NCBI GenBank assembly: GCA_043827405.1
Contig: JBDRPD010000052.1
Coordinates: forward strand, 1-55,353
Direction: 5' to 3'
From: Elusimicrobiota bacterium
GTDB lineage: Bacteria > Elusimicrobiota > Elusimicrobia > UBA1565
Length of the DNA: 55,353 bases
In this document: positions 8,029 through 17,111 of the stretch, piece by piece
Numbering within the stretch: the first letter of the stretch is position 1
Layout of the letters: every line of letters begins with the position of its first letter
The notes under the pieces: generated by a model
What the model was told of the DNA's origin: nothing
What the model saw: the letters and a program-made list of their open reading frames with translations, nothing else
Databases searched by the model: none
Made by a program: the position numbers and the translations under genes

Positions 8029-10488
8029 CTATACGGAGATGAGGTCTTCTTTGCGGCTGACCATCATCAGCGGCTGGGTCTCGCGGATTTCTTCGAGCGC
8101 CTTCATCAGCTCCGCTTCGGTGTTGAGAATGTGCCCGGTCTGCTTGTCGAGCAGGCCGACCGGCGTCATCTCGTAGCGGTTCTGGTCCTTGAGCTTCGTC
8201 TGATCCGACGAGGTCAGCCGCATCGCCAGGGCGTAGGCGATGTTCCCGATCGGGATGCCCCGCTTGACCCGGTCGATGACGGTCTGTGCGGCGCGGGTAC
8301 CGTTGATGAGACCGGCCCCCTGAAACTCCTTCTTCTCGCCCAGATCCTTGGCGGTCTCCATCAGCATGGCCTTGATCTCGAAGGCGTCCACTTCGGCGCC
8401 GTTCTCCTTGGCGTAGCCGATCACGTCGGCGGCGAAGCCTGCCGTCATGGGCGCGGCCTGCGAGGTCCCGGACATCAGCCGGTAGCCCGGATAGCCCGCG
8501 ACGGTGCAGGCGGTATCGGGGTCGGCGCTGCTGCGGGGCGCGGCGACACCGGGGCCGTAGACGCAGCCCTTGCCCGCAGGTCCGCCTTTCCCGGCGCTCT
8601 TAAGGCCCGCCGGCGCGTCGCGCAGATCGTCCGCGGGCCGCGCCTGCACCATCAAAGTCTGCTTCTCGACGGCCGAGAAGTCGACGCCGCCGGCCACGCC
8701 GACGAGATCCGGTTTGGCGTAAAGCAGCTTGCCGCTGGCATCGCGAATCGGCCCGCGTGAGGAGAAGAAAACAGGTTTGCCGTCCTTGTCCACTCCGCCC
8801 ACGGTGAGCGCGTAGCGGGAGTTGCCGGGAGAGCCCACGCTGCCCTCAAACGGCCCCTCGTTGCCGGCGGCCGCAACGATCAGGATATTGTCCTTAACCA
8901 TCATCTGGTTCGCCAGCGAGCTCAGCGGGTCCTTATTGGCGACCCCCGGGCCGCCAAGGCTCATATTGATCAGGTCGACTTTCTGGCCGTCGCGCATCCA
9001 CTTCATCGCGGCCAGAATTACGCTCTCGTCGGTCTCGCCCTTGGTGCCGAACACCTTGGCGACCTTAAAGCGCGCGTCGGGCGCCATGCCCTTGAACTTC
9101 CCATTGGAAGCCGCGCCGGTGCCGCCGACGATTCCGGCGACATGGGTCCCGTGGCCGACGACGTCGTCCTTGCCCTCTTCGGTGAAATCGATATACTCGC
9201 GGACCCGGCTCTGGCCCTTGTCGTCCATGAAGTCCTGGTGCTTCATGTCGATGCCGGAGTCGATGATGCCGACGTAGGCGCTTTTACCCGTCATGCCTTC
9301 CTTGTGCAGCCCCGCGGAATCCACGATCGTCCCGCTCTCGGCCAGCTTCGGCTTAACAGTATTGGCTTCTTTCTTGCCCAAGAGAGCGGAGGGGATCGGC
9401 AGGAACTGCGCTCCCATAAGCGCGGAGGCCGGCGATTTCAGCGCCGCTTCGGCGCCGGTTTTCGCCGCCTTGTAGACGCGGGCCGGGCGGCTTTCGACGC
9501 CCTGCTTCTGCAGCGCCAGCCCCAGCTTCGCGGCCGACGGAAGGGGCACATCGATCGCCACGATATTTCCGACCACCCGCACGACCTGAGCCCCATGCTG
9601 GTCCAAGAGGGCCTGGTCGAGGCCGGTCTGCCGGTAGACCTCGCCCTTCACGGCCTCGCTGTCGCTGACTTTAAAATGATCCTGGGCCGCGGCATGATCG
9701 GCGGCCACCAAAACACGCACCGTGCCGGCCTCCTTGTTATAGGAATAGCCCTTGCGCTCCGCGGTCTGGGCGAAACCCTTCAGGCCGCCGGCCGCCGAAA
9801 CCGCATTGTCCATATTGTTCCAGTCGAAATCGCCGAGCTCCAGCCGCGAGCCGTCAAAGGCGCCGTTGGGATCGCCCATCGCGGCATCGCTGCGGCGCAC
9901 CGCCATGACTCCGCCCGCGGCGCGGCTTTTGGGAGCATCGCAGGAATAGGCGCCCTGCCCGCATACCACCACTTCCGACTTCTTCTGAATCTCCTTGGCC
10001 GGCGGCTCCAGCAGGCCGCCGTCGCTTGCGGTAAGGATGTCGAGCAAAGCGGTGCGGCCGAGCGCGGTGAGCTCGAGGCGCTGGTCCTGTCCGCGCTTGA
10101 GGAAGGCGTTGTCATCGAGCTGGCGCGGGTCCATCCGCGGCGCCAGGTAGCTCTGCATGGCCAGGGCCATCCCCAGTTCCGGATCGTCGGCCGGCAGCTT
10201 GGAGAGGAACTTGACGACTTTGCCGGCCGTTTTCTCATCCAGGGGCTGCGCGGCGAATTCGCCGGTTCCCGCGTCCTTCTCCGCCAGCACCAGCTTGCCG
10301 TCGGCGGCGAAGCTCAGCCCGAGGACACTGGCGGACTTCTGGATGTTTTCGCGCTGCGGCGCCGAGTAGCGGGCCAACAGGACCGGAGCGACGACCGAGG
10401 CGGCGAACACGAAATCCGACGAGAAAACACAAACGACGAGCAGGGCCGTCAGCTTCTTGCCCCATCCTGTCGACTGTTCTTTGGTCAT
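8029..10488 (-). CDS. Secreted S8 (subtilisin-family) serine protease with a long N-terminal extension
   Basis: Signal peptide; catalytic motifs IIDSG, GHGTHVAG, SGTSQA; NMSLG and AAGNEG. Confidence 0.92.
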   Translation of the reverse strand: MTKEQSTGWGKKLTALLVVCVFSSDFVFAASVVAPVLLARYSAPQRENIQKSASVLGLSFAADGKLVLAEKDAGTGEFAAQPLDEKTAGKVVKFLSKLPADDPELGMALAMQSYLAPRMDPRQLDDNAFLKRGQDQRLELTALGRTALLDILTASDGGLLEPPAKEIQKKSEVVVCGQGAYSCDAPKSRAAGGVMAVRRSDAAMGDPNGAFDGSRLELGDFDWNNMDNAVSAAGGLKGFAQTAERKGYSYNKEAGTVRVLVAADHAAAQDHFKVSDSEAVKGEVYRQTGLDQALLDQHGAQVVRVVGNIVAIDVPLPSAAKLGLALQKQGVESRPARVYKAAKTGAEAALKSPASALMGAQFLPIPSALLGKKEANTVKPKLAESGTIVDSAGLHKEGMTGKSAYVGIIDSGIDMKHQDFMDDKGQSRVREYIDFTEEGKDDVVGHGTHVAGIVGGTGAASNGKFKGMAPDARFKVAKVFGTKGETDESVILAAMKWMRDGQKVDLINMSLGGPGVANKDPLSSLANQMMVKDNILIVAAAGNEGPFEGSVGSPGNSRYALTVGGVDKDGKPVFFSSRGPIRDASGKLLYAKPDLVGVAGGVDFSAVEKQTLMVQARPADDLRDAPAGLKSAGKGGPAGKGCVYGPGVAAPRSSADPDTACTVAGYPGYRLMSGTSQAAPMTAGFAADVIGYAKENGAEVDAFEIKAMLMETAKDLGEKKEFQGAGLINGTRAAQTVIDRVKRGIPIGNIAYALAMRLTSSDQTKLKDQNRYEMTPVGLLDKQTGHILNTEAELMKALEEIRETQPLMMVSRKEDLISV

Positions 10489-10501
10489 TCGGCCTATCCT
10501 C

Positions 10502-10590
10502 TTGTTCCCAAGGTCCTAACCCTAGTGTAGCCGAATGGGCCCCCCTCACAAGTTCCAAGGGGCCTACCGTGAAATAGGTCCAAGGGCCTA
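10502..10590. promoter_or_regulatory. Three copies of a palindromic motif TAGGNCCNNGGNCCTA upstream of the S8 protease
   Basis: TAGGTCCAAGGGCCTA at 10575-10590; degenerate AAGTTCCAAGGGGCCTA at 10550-10566 and TTGTTCCCAAGGTCCTA at 10502-10518. Confidence 0.55.
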
Positions 10591-10615
10591 CGAACGGCCA
10601 GGAGGGGGGCCGCCC

Positions 10616-10873
10616 TTACGGGGCCGTCTTCTGTGCGGCGGGGTGGGATTTGAGGATTTTGTCGGGAGGAGTCTCGGAGGCGTTTTTGAAAAACTTGAAC
10701 TTCTTGGGCTCGACCGGGGGCTCTACCTTGATCGGCTCCTCGATGATGCGCTGGGGCTTATCGGGCTCTCCCAGCCAGTCGATGCGGTACATGATATTGT
10801 AGAGCTTGGGCAGGCAGTACAAGGTCCAAGCGAGCAGCGCGATGGCAGCGAGGAGGGAGATGATTCTGGCCAC
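10616..10873 (-). CDS. Small single-TM hypothetical protein
   Basis: N-terminal hydrophobic helix, Pro/Lys-rich tail; fills the gap between co-oriented genes. Confidence 0.65.
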   Translation of the reverse strand: MARIISLLAAIALLAWTLYCLPKLYNIMYRIDWLGEPDKPQRIIEEPIKVEPPVEPKKFKFFKNASETPPDKILKSHPAAQKTAP

Positions 10874-10880
10874 TCAGCTC

Positions 10881-12365
10881 TCAGTTGTTGTACAAACCGG
10901 GATTACCAGCGTCGAGCGCTGCGGCGCCCTTGAGCCCCGAGCTCACCGCCTCGCCGCCCTTAAGCGGCATACCCTTGGCGACGCCGGTAGCCGCCACCGA
11001 GATGTCCTGCTCGACATTCTTGGCGGCGGAGGCGTCGTACAGAATCATCCCGGCGCGGATGGCCAGGAGGCCGCCGGTGGTGATAAAGGTGATACCCTGC
11101 ATATTCTGCCCCTCCGCGTTGAGCAGCCGGGCGCCGATAGCGGCCGCCCCCATTGCGCCCATGGCGGCCAGACCGGCGGCGATCTTCACCTTGGTCAGCA
11201 TGGCCTGGGCGGCGGCCGGATTGGCGGGCATCAGGGCATCCGCCTTGTTTTTGAGCCAGCCGGCCACGAACATCAGCGCCGTCGACAAAGCGAGGGCGAT
11301 CATCGCCGCGTTGACCAAATTCTGGTACGGCGTCTTGTTTTTGGGATAGGTGATCTTCGGCGGCGGCTTGACATCTTTTAGATCCTGCATCGTGCTGGGA
11401 TTGGGTCCGGTCACCGCGGTTTTTCCGCCCACTCCCGTGCCGTCCGGGGCCGCGGCCGCATCAGCTCCGATCTGGCCGGCCTGTCCGCGTCCGCCATCAT
11501 AAGGAAGCCCGGAGTTCGCGCTTGATAAATTGCTGCGGGCGAGCGAACTCCGCATATGTTTTTTCACCTGCAGGGCCTGCTGGGAAGCCGACATATTCTT
11601 GTTCTGCCGAATCGCCGACGGCTTGCGCGAAGAGGTGCTGCCGCCCGCATGCCGCAGAGCAGCGCTCTTTCCTTCATTAAGGTAGGCGCCCCCGCGTGAG
11701 GCGCCCCGCAGCCCTTCGCCCGCGGCGACCTGCGCGCCGGTTGCGCCGCCGCCGGTGCTGATGCCGCTGCTCGCGACCAACCGCTGCCGGGGACGGGTCG
11801 CGGACGCCGCCCGGGATGAGTCCCTACCATAACGGTTATCGGGCGTCTCGACTCCCGATGAAACCTCCGGCGCGTCTTTTACGTCGTCTACCGCGCCGTC
11901 CTCCGGCGCTCCGGCAGGCGAACCGGCAGGCGCGGCGGCTTCCTTGTTGGCCCGCGTCAAAAAATCCAAAGAGGACCCGGCGACGTCTTCTTTGCCGTCC
12001 GCACCGGCCGCCAAAAGAGCCTCCTGCTCGGCGACATCCTGCGCCAATCTTTCGGCCCGGACCTGGTCAAAAACACGCGCCCCCGCCTTGGGGCTGTGCG
12101 CAGACCCGGAATAGTTGGCAAACATGCCCAGGCTGATGGCCCCGGTATAACCGACCAGCATGAGCGCCGTGAAGCCCGCCTTGGAGGTGAGTATATCGCG
12201 GCCCAGAGAGCGCACTCCCTCGGAAGAGCCGCCCACGCCCAAGCGGCTGAGAAAGGCCGCGACCGCACCGCCCGCGGCCTTCTTCTTGCCGTCCTGCGCG
12301 AACTCCTCCGCGGCGACGAGAATCTTGCGGTCCTCTTCCTTCTGCGGTTTCTTTTTCTGCGTCAT
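10881..12365 (-). CDS. Membrane protein with Gly/Ala/Ser low-complexity region and C-terminal TM helices (paralog of 12519-13991)
   Basis: N-terminal TM, long disordered linker, KNKTPYQ motif, then hydrophobic helices. Start placed at ATG 12365. Confidence 0.8.
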   Translation of the reverse strand: MTQKKKPQKEEDRKILVAAEEFAQDGKKKAAGGAVAAFLSRLGVGGSSEGVRSLGRDILTSKAGFTALMLVGYTGAISLGMFANYSGSAHSPKAGARVFDQVRAERLAQDVAEQEALLAAGADGKEDVAGSSLDFLTRANKEAAAPAGSPAGAPEDGAVDDVKDAPEVSSGVETPDNRYGRDSSRAASATRPRQRLVASSGISTGGGATGAQVAAGEGLRGASRGGAYLNEGKSAALRHAGGSTSSRKPSAIRQNKNMSASQQALQVKKHMRSSLARSNLSSANSGLPYDGGRGQAGQIGADAAAAPDGTGVGGKTAVTGPNPSTMQDLKDVKPPPKITYPKNKTPYQNLVNAAMIALALSTALMFVAGWLKNKADALMPANPAAAQAMLTKVKIAAGLAAMGAMGAAAIGARLLNAEGQNMQGITFITTGGLLAIRAGMILYDASAAKNVEQDISVAATGVAKGMPLKGGEAVSSGLKGAAALDAGNPGLYNN

Positions 12366-12467
12366 AGGCCGGTATCTCCACTTTGAGTTTAAACGCCAGG
12401 CCCGCATTTGTCAATGGACCGAGTCCGATAGTTACCAAAAATTTAACCGCTTTTCGGGTTCCGGCCC

Positions 12468-12496
12468 TTGCATTGGCCGCGCGGCACCTATATACT
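12468..12496 (+). promoter_or_regulatory. Sigma70-type promoter
   Basis: TTGCAT (12468-12473), 17 bp spacer, TATACT (12491-12496); GGAGG RBS before ATG 12519. Confidence 0.65.
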
Positions 12497-12518
12497 CAAA
12501 GCAAGCGGAGGTGGGGCC

Positions 12519-13991
12519 ATGGAGCCGGATAATTCCTACGAGATGCAGGAACGCGAACCCAAACGCGAAAAAAAAGGCGGAGCGATGTCCCCATGGCTCA
12601 GCCGCTCCGGTTCGCCGACCGTCCCGACGGGGATCGACTGGTCCTCTCCCATGTCCGCGTTCCGTTCCGCCTGGACCATGCTGGCCTACGCTCCGCAGGG
12701 GACCTTGCTGCGCGTCGCCATTGGCGCGGCCATCGGCGTGCATGGCCTGATGCTGGGCGCCTCGATCATGTCGAAACAGCAAGGCGACTCCGCGCAGGGA
12801 GAAGTTGTGTTCAACAGCCGCGTCAACGCCCGCGACGCAGCGGGCATGGAGCTCGGCGGACGCAAGCCGATGGACGCCCTGCTGACCGGCTATAAGACTT
12901 TGCTCCGCGACGGCCCTTCCGGCACCGGCGGCGAAGGCGCGGACGGTAAAAGCGCCGAAGGGGCCGACGGCGAGGGAGCCGACGGCGAAGGCGCAGACGG
13001 CGAAGGCGCAGACGGCGAGGCCGATGGAACCGCCGGGGCGATGGATGCATCCGCCGGCATGGAGGAAGCGATGCGCGCCGCGATGGACACCGCGGGCGGC
13101 GGCAAGAGCGGCGGCGGCGTGTCGGCGTTCGGCAAGCCGGCCTTCACCAAGCTTGCATCCAATCTCGGCGGCAGCGGCAGTTCGTCCGCCCGATTCAGCG
13201 CGCCGGCTCTCGGCGGCGCCTCCGGCGGCGGCAAAAACGCCGCGGGAGACAAGGCTGCCGCCCGCGGCGCGACCTCGATGCGCGCGGGGGGGAAAACCAT
13301 CGCCAAAAGCCCCGTCCGCCAGCGGGGCTCGCTCAATCAGCTCAAGTTCGCCAACGACAAGTCCCAGCGCGGTCTGGGCGCCAAAACCCAAGGCGCGGGC
13401 TACGAAGCCGCCAGCAATGCGTTCGAGCAGCAAACCGGAGGCAGTGGAATAGGGACACCGATCGGCGGCTCCGGAGCGGGAGTCGGCGGCGCCGATACCG
13501 CCGCTACGCCGACCAATCTCAAGGGCGACTCGCTGGACAGCAAGCAGATCGAACCGGCGGAAACCTGCCGCTCGGGCTTCTATCTTACGCCCGACGGCTG
13601 CGTTTATGTCGGCAACAAGAACGTGACCCCCTGGCAGAGCGCCCTGCAGCGGGCGAAATGGTCGCTCGTCGGCGCGGGCATCGCCTTCGCTTTCGCTCTC
13701 TTCATGTGGAAGTGGGTCGCGACCAAAGTCCCGCCGGGCCCTTGGCATACCGCAATTCTGGTCTCCGCGGGCATCGCCGCGGCCATCGGCGCCGGACTGC
13801 TGATCAACGCGATCGTCGTCGCCAACCAGATCGAAGACAAGTACGGACAGACGCTGCAAAAAGAATCCGTCGTCGATCAAGGTCTGCGGCGCTCCGTGCA
13901 AGGCAAGCAGCTGGAGCAGGGGCCGTCGCAGCTCGAGGATGCGAGCAAGCTGCGCGATCACGGAGGCGCGGCCGGGAAATTCGGCTTCTAG
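12519..13991 (+). CDS. Membrane protein with Gly-rich low-complexity region and C-terminal TM hairpin (paralog of 10881-12365)
   Basis: GGAGG RBS; N-terminal TM, GEGAD repeats, KNVTPWQ motif, two TM helices, KYGQTLQ. Confidence 0.8.
   Translation: MEPDNSYEMQEREPKREKKGGAMSPWLSRSGSPTVPTGIDWSSPMSAFRSAWTMLAYAPQGTLLRVAIGAAIGVHGLMLGASIMSKQQGDSAQGEVVFNSRVNARDAAGMELGGRKPMDALLTGYKTLLRDGPSGTGGEGADGKSAEGADGEGADGEGADGEGADGEADGTAGAMDASAGMEEAMRAAMDTAGGGKSGGGVSAFGKPAFTKLASNLGGSGSSSARFSAPALGGASGGGKNAAGDKAAARGATSMRAGGKTIAKSPVRQRGSLNQLKFANDKSQRGLGAKTQGAGYEAASNAFEQQTGGSGIGTPIGGSGAGVGGADTAATPTNLKGDSLDSKQIEPAETCRSGFYLTPDGCVYVGNKNVTPWQSALQRAKWSLVGAGIAFAFALFMWKWVATKVPPGPWHTAILVSAGIAAAIGAGLLINAIVVANQIEDKYGQTLQKESVVDQGLRRSVQGKQLEQGPSQLEDASKLRDHGGAAGKFGF
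12930..13025 (+). repeat. In-frame 15-bp tandem repeat encoding GEGAD
   Basis: GGCGAAGGCGCAGAC exact at 12984-12998 and 12999-13013, with degenerate copies on both sides. Confidence 0.85.
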
Positions 13992-14006
13992 CAGCAGGAC
14001 TACATC

Positions 14007-15305
14007 ATGCGTTTTGGACTTCTCGCGCTGCTCTTGGCGGCGATGCCGCCGTCGGCCGCCGGGGCCGTAACCCAGGCCCCGGAAGCTGAGCGTATCGAAC
14101 AGCTGCTCGGCGACTTATTGGGCCGGGACAAAGCCCGCGTCTACATCGTGCGCGAAACGCGCACCGTAGATTCTCCGGTCGACATTCCCGAAAGGAAAAT
14201 CGATATGCTGTGGGACCGCTGGGAACAGCGGGCGCAAGACCTGCCGCCCGTCCTCCCGGGCTACCGCATCCCGCGGTCTCTGCGTGACGAGATTCACCGC
14301 ACCCTCCAGGCCGACGCCCCGGCCCCCAAGACGCGCACGGAGGAGTTCCGGACGGTGACCTTGGTGCTGGACCCCAGCGTCCTGGTCGATGAAAGCGACC
14401 GGGCACGCGGCGTCGTCGAAGAAGTATTGGGGCTGGTCCCGACACGGGGCGATACGCTGAGCGTAGTCCGCGCCCCCATCCATGCCCGAAAAAGCGAAGC
14501 GGCCCTGCGCGCCAAGCTGTTGGACTGCATGCTCTATGCCGCGACCGCCGCCGTCCTGCTCCTGCTGGCTTTTATCCTGTTCCGGCCGCGCCGCCAAGCC
14601 TCGCCGCCGGAGGCCGCGCCGCGCGGGAAGCGGCGAGCGGCGCCCCCCCTGGCATTGCTGGCGCCGCAGCATGTGCGCGGCGCGGTCGAACTCCTCGACA
14701 AGGAGCCCGCCCGCAGCGCCGTCCAGGTCCTGCGCAAGGCTTCGCCCGAGGTCGCCGCGGACATCTTTCGCCGCCTTGCCGGCGCGAAGCGCCTGGACGC
14801 TGCGCGGCTGCTGCTGGCCGAGCCGGCAGTCGGCGCGCCTCCGCCGAATGCGATCGAGGCGCGGGTGCTGGCGGCGGTCGGCGCGCATGAGGCCGGCGAA
14901 GGGCTGCTCGAGCGCCTGCTTCTGCGAGCGCCGGAAAGCGTGCGCCGGGAAATCCTTTCCGAATTGTATAAAGCCTTTCCGGAACGCGTACGTCGTCTCA
15001 AATCCAGGCTGGTATCGATGCCGGACCTGGCGGCTGCCGAGCCGAACTCCCTGCGCACCTGCCTGGCGGCCTTCTCGTGTGAGGACATCGCCCTCAGCCT
15101 CTACGACGCGCCGGAAGATTCGCGCGCGGCATTCCTCAACGCCCTGCCCGATACCGTACGCTATATGGTTCAGGAGCGGCTGAAGTACATGGTTCCGGAA
15201 TCCTACGACCAAGTCCACCGCGCGCGCGCCGACCTTTACACCCGCTGGAAGCGGCTGGAAACCTACGGCCGCGTGTCCCCGCTGCCGGCAGCGCGGGAAG
15301 CCTGA
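14007..15305 (+). CDS. FliF C-terminal-like ring domain + TM + FliG-like C-terminal domain fusion
   Basis: ERIEQLLGDLLGRDKARV and VLGLVPTRGDTLSV resemble FliF RBM3; after one TM, DIALSLYDAPEDSRAAFLNALP...QVHRARADL...KRLETYGRV resembles FliG-C. Confidence 0.7.
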   Translation: MRFGLLALLLAAMPPSAAGAVTQAPEAERIEQLLGDLLGRDKARVYIVRETRTVDSPVDIPERKIDMLWDRWEQRAQDLPPVLPGYRIPRSLRDEIHRTLQADAPAPKTRTEEFRTVTLVLDPSVLVDESDRARGVVEEVLGLVPTRGDTLSVVRAPIHARKSEAALRAKLLDCMLYAATAAVLLLLAFILFRPRRQASPPEAAPRGKRRAAPPLALLAPQHVRGAVELLDKEPARSAVQVLRKASPEVAADIFRRLAGAKRLDAARLLLAEPAVGAPPPNAIEARVLAAVGAHEAGEGLLERLLLRAPESVRREILSELYKAFPERVRRLKSRLVSMPDLAAAEPNSLRTCLAAFSCEDIALSLYDAPEDSRAAFLNALPDTVRYMVQERLKYMVPESYDQVHRARADLYTRWKRLETYGRVSPLPAAREA

Positions 15306-15307
15306 AT

Positions 15308-16033
15308 ATGCCGGCAGGACGCCTGCGCTGGACCCTGTTTGCGCTGTTGGCGGCGCTGACCGCCTGCCGCGCTTCCGCCGGCCCCGCCGCCGCCGACAGT
15401 GAACCTCCCGCGCCGGCCGCAGCGGACTCCGTCGCGGTATCGACCGCGCCGGCCGAGCCGCCGGCTGATGCGCTCCCAAGCCTCACCCCCGCGAATTCCG
15501 AACAAACGCGAAACTTGCGGCGGGCGAAGCTGCTCGAATCCATAGGCGATGAAGAGCACCCGCTGAGCGGACTCCTGCATCCCGACGGCTATGACGGGCC
15601 GATACTGGCGGGACAGGCGATAGAAGCCTACGCGGAAGGGGAAAGCGGCAAGGCCTTGCTGCTGGCGCAAGCGGCTTTGGGCGCGGCTCCGGGAAACGTT
15701 GCCCGCCGGCGGCTGCTCAGCGCCCTGGAGCTGAAAACAGGCCTGCGCTCCGACCCCGAAGGCATCCTCCCTCTGCCGGACCTGGTGCACCGCGAGCTAA
15801 CGCTGGCAGAAACGGCCTTTTTCGGCGAGCGCTACGGTGCGGCGGTACAGCACTGCCGGCGCGCCCTGCTGCTCGACGAAGAGGATGCCTTGGCCTGGGA
15901 ACGTTTAGGCTCGGCGCACTTCGCCGCCGGCGCGCGCCGGTCGGCCTGGAAAGCATACCGGCGGGCGCTCGAACTGGACCAAACGAACGAAACATTGCGG
16001 GCCTTCCTGAAGAAGCGCGGCTGGACGGATTAA
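15308..16033 (+). CDS. Exported TPR protein (possible lipoprotein)
   Basis: Signal peptide with LTAC; AWERLGSAHFAAG...AYRRALELDQTN TPR. Confidence 0.75.
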   Translation: MPAGRLRWTLFALLAALTACRASAGPAAADSEPPAPAAADSVAVSTAPAEPPADALPSLTPANSEQTRNLRRAKLLESIGDEEHPLSGLLHPDGYDGPILAGQAIEAYAEGESGKALLLAQAALGAAPGNVARRRLLSALELKTGLRSDPEGILPLPDLVHRELTLAETAFFGERYGAAVQHCRRALLLDEEDALAWERLGSAHFAAGARRSAWKAYRRALELDQTNETLRAFLKKRGWTD

Positions 16034-16085
16034 CTCTCTCCGAAATATGTTTGAAATACCTTACTTTTAGACTATTACCGTATCT

Positions 16086-17111
16086 ATGAGCGAGGCCCAA
16101 TTCGATCCCTTCAAGGGGTGGCTGTCCAGTTTCGACAACGAGGTGGATAAAGTGTTGTCGGGACAAAGCAGCCCCTCTCTGGCCCCGGTACGCGGCGCCC
16201 TGGCGGATTTTGATGACTGGTGGCGCCGTGAAGTGCCCGGCACGGGCGACGAGTCCGAGATGGACCTCGCCTCGCATCAGACCAGCAAAGAACTCGACAT
16301 ATCGCGCGAGGAGGTCCGCGCGCTGAAAGAAGATATCGGCCGCCTGAAGTCCTCACCGGATATGAGCTCGGCGGCGGCCCTGCGCAGCAAGCTCGAAGAG
16401 CTCACTCTGGAGCGCGACCACCTGCGGGAAGAAGGACGCGTCCGCGGCGAAAAAAGCGGCGGCGAAATCCATGAGCTCAAAGAACACAATATGCGGCTCG
16501 AGCGTGAGCTCGCGGACCTGCAGCTGCAGCTCTCCCGGGAGCGCGACAGCTTCGACGGCCGGGGCCGGCAGCTCGAAGAGCGGGCCTGCCGGCTGGAAGA
16601 CCAGCTGCGCGACGCCAAGGAGAGCCGGCAGTTCCTGGAATCGGAGCATGGCCGGCAAGGCGAACGCCTGCAGCAGACCGAGAACCGCCTGCTCGAGGCG
16701 GATACGGAAAAGAAGAATCTGCAGCGCCAGATGCACGAGATGACGCGCACCCAGGACGAGCTTAAGCGGACGCTGATTGACCGGGACACGGAATGTTCCG
16801 CCCTGCAGCGCGCCGTCGACGAGCTGCACGCCCAGGCGACGGATTTGCGGGAGCGGCTGATCAAGAGCGGCGACATCGACGCGGGCGAACGGCAGGCGGG
16901 ACGCGAAGAGCTCCGCCGGATGAGCCGGCGCAGCGAAGAGATCGAAAGCCAGCTGGCCGCCGGCCAGCGCGAGGCGGACGCGAAAATTCGCGAGACGACG
17001 CGCTATCTGGAAATGAAGATCCGGGAGATTCACGACGAAAGCAAGGAGCAGTTCGGCCATTTCCGGGAACTTCTTGACGCGCTGGTCCGGTTCCGTGAGG
17101 AGGACCGATGA
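16086..17111 (+). CDS. Long coiled-coil hypothetical protein
   Basis: E/R/L-rich heptad pattern over about 270 aa; acidic aromatic N-terminus (FDDWWRRE). Confidence 0.75.
   Translation: MSEAQFDPFKGWLSSFDNEVDKVLSGQSSPSLAPVRGALADFDDWWRREVPGTGDESEMDLASHQTSKELDISREEVRALKEDIGRLKSSPDMSSAAALRSKLEELTLERDHLREEGRVRGEKSGGEIHELKEHNMRLERELADLQLQLSRERDSFDGRGRQLEERACRLEDQLRDAKESRQFLESEHGRQGERLQQTENRLLEADTEKKNLQRQMHEMTRTQDELKRTLIDRDTECSALQRAVDELHAQATDLRERLIKSGDIDAGERQAGREELRRMSRRSEEIESQLAAGQREADAKIRETTRYLEMKIREIHDESKEQFGHFRELLDALVRFREEDR

Noticed and set aside
14007..15305. Flagellar operon
   Set aside because: No other flagellar gene is recognisable; treated as an orphan fusion instead.
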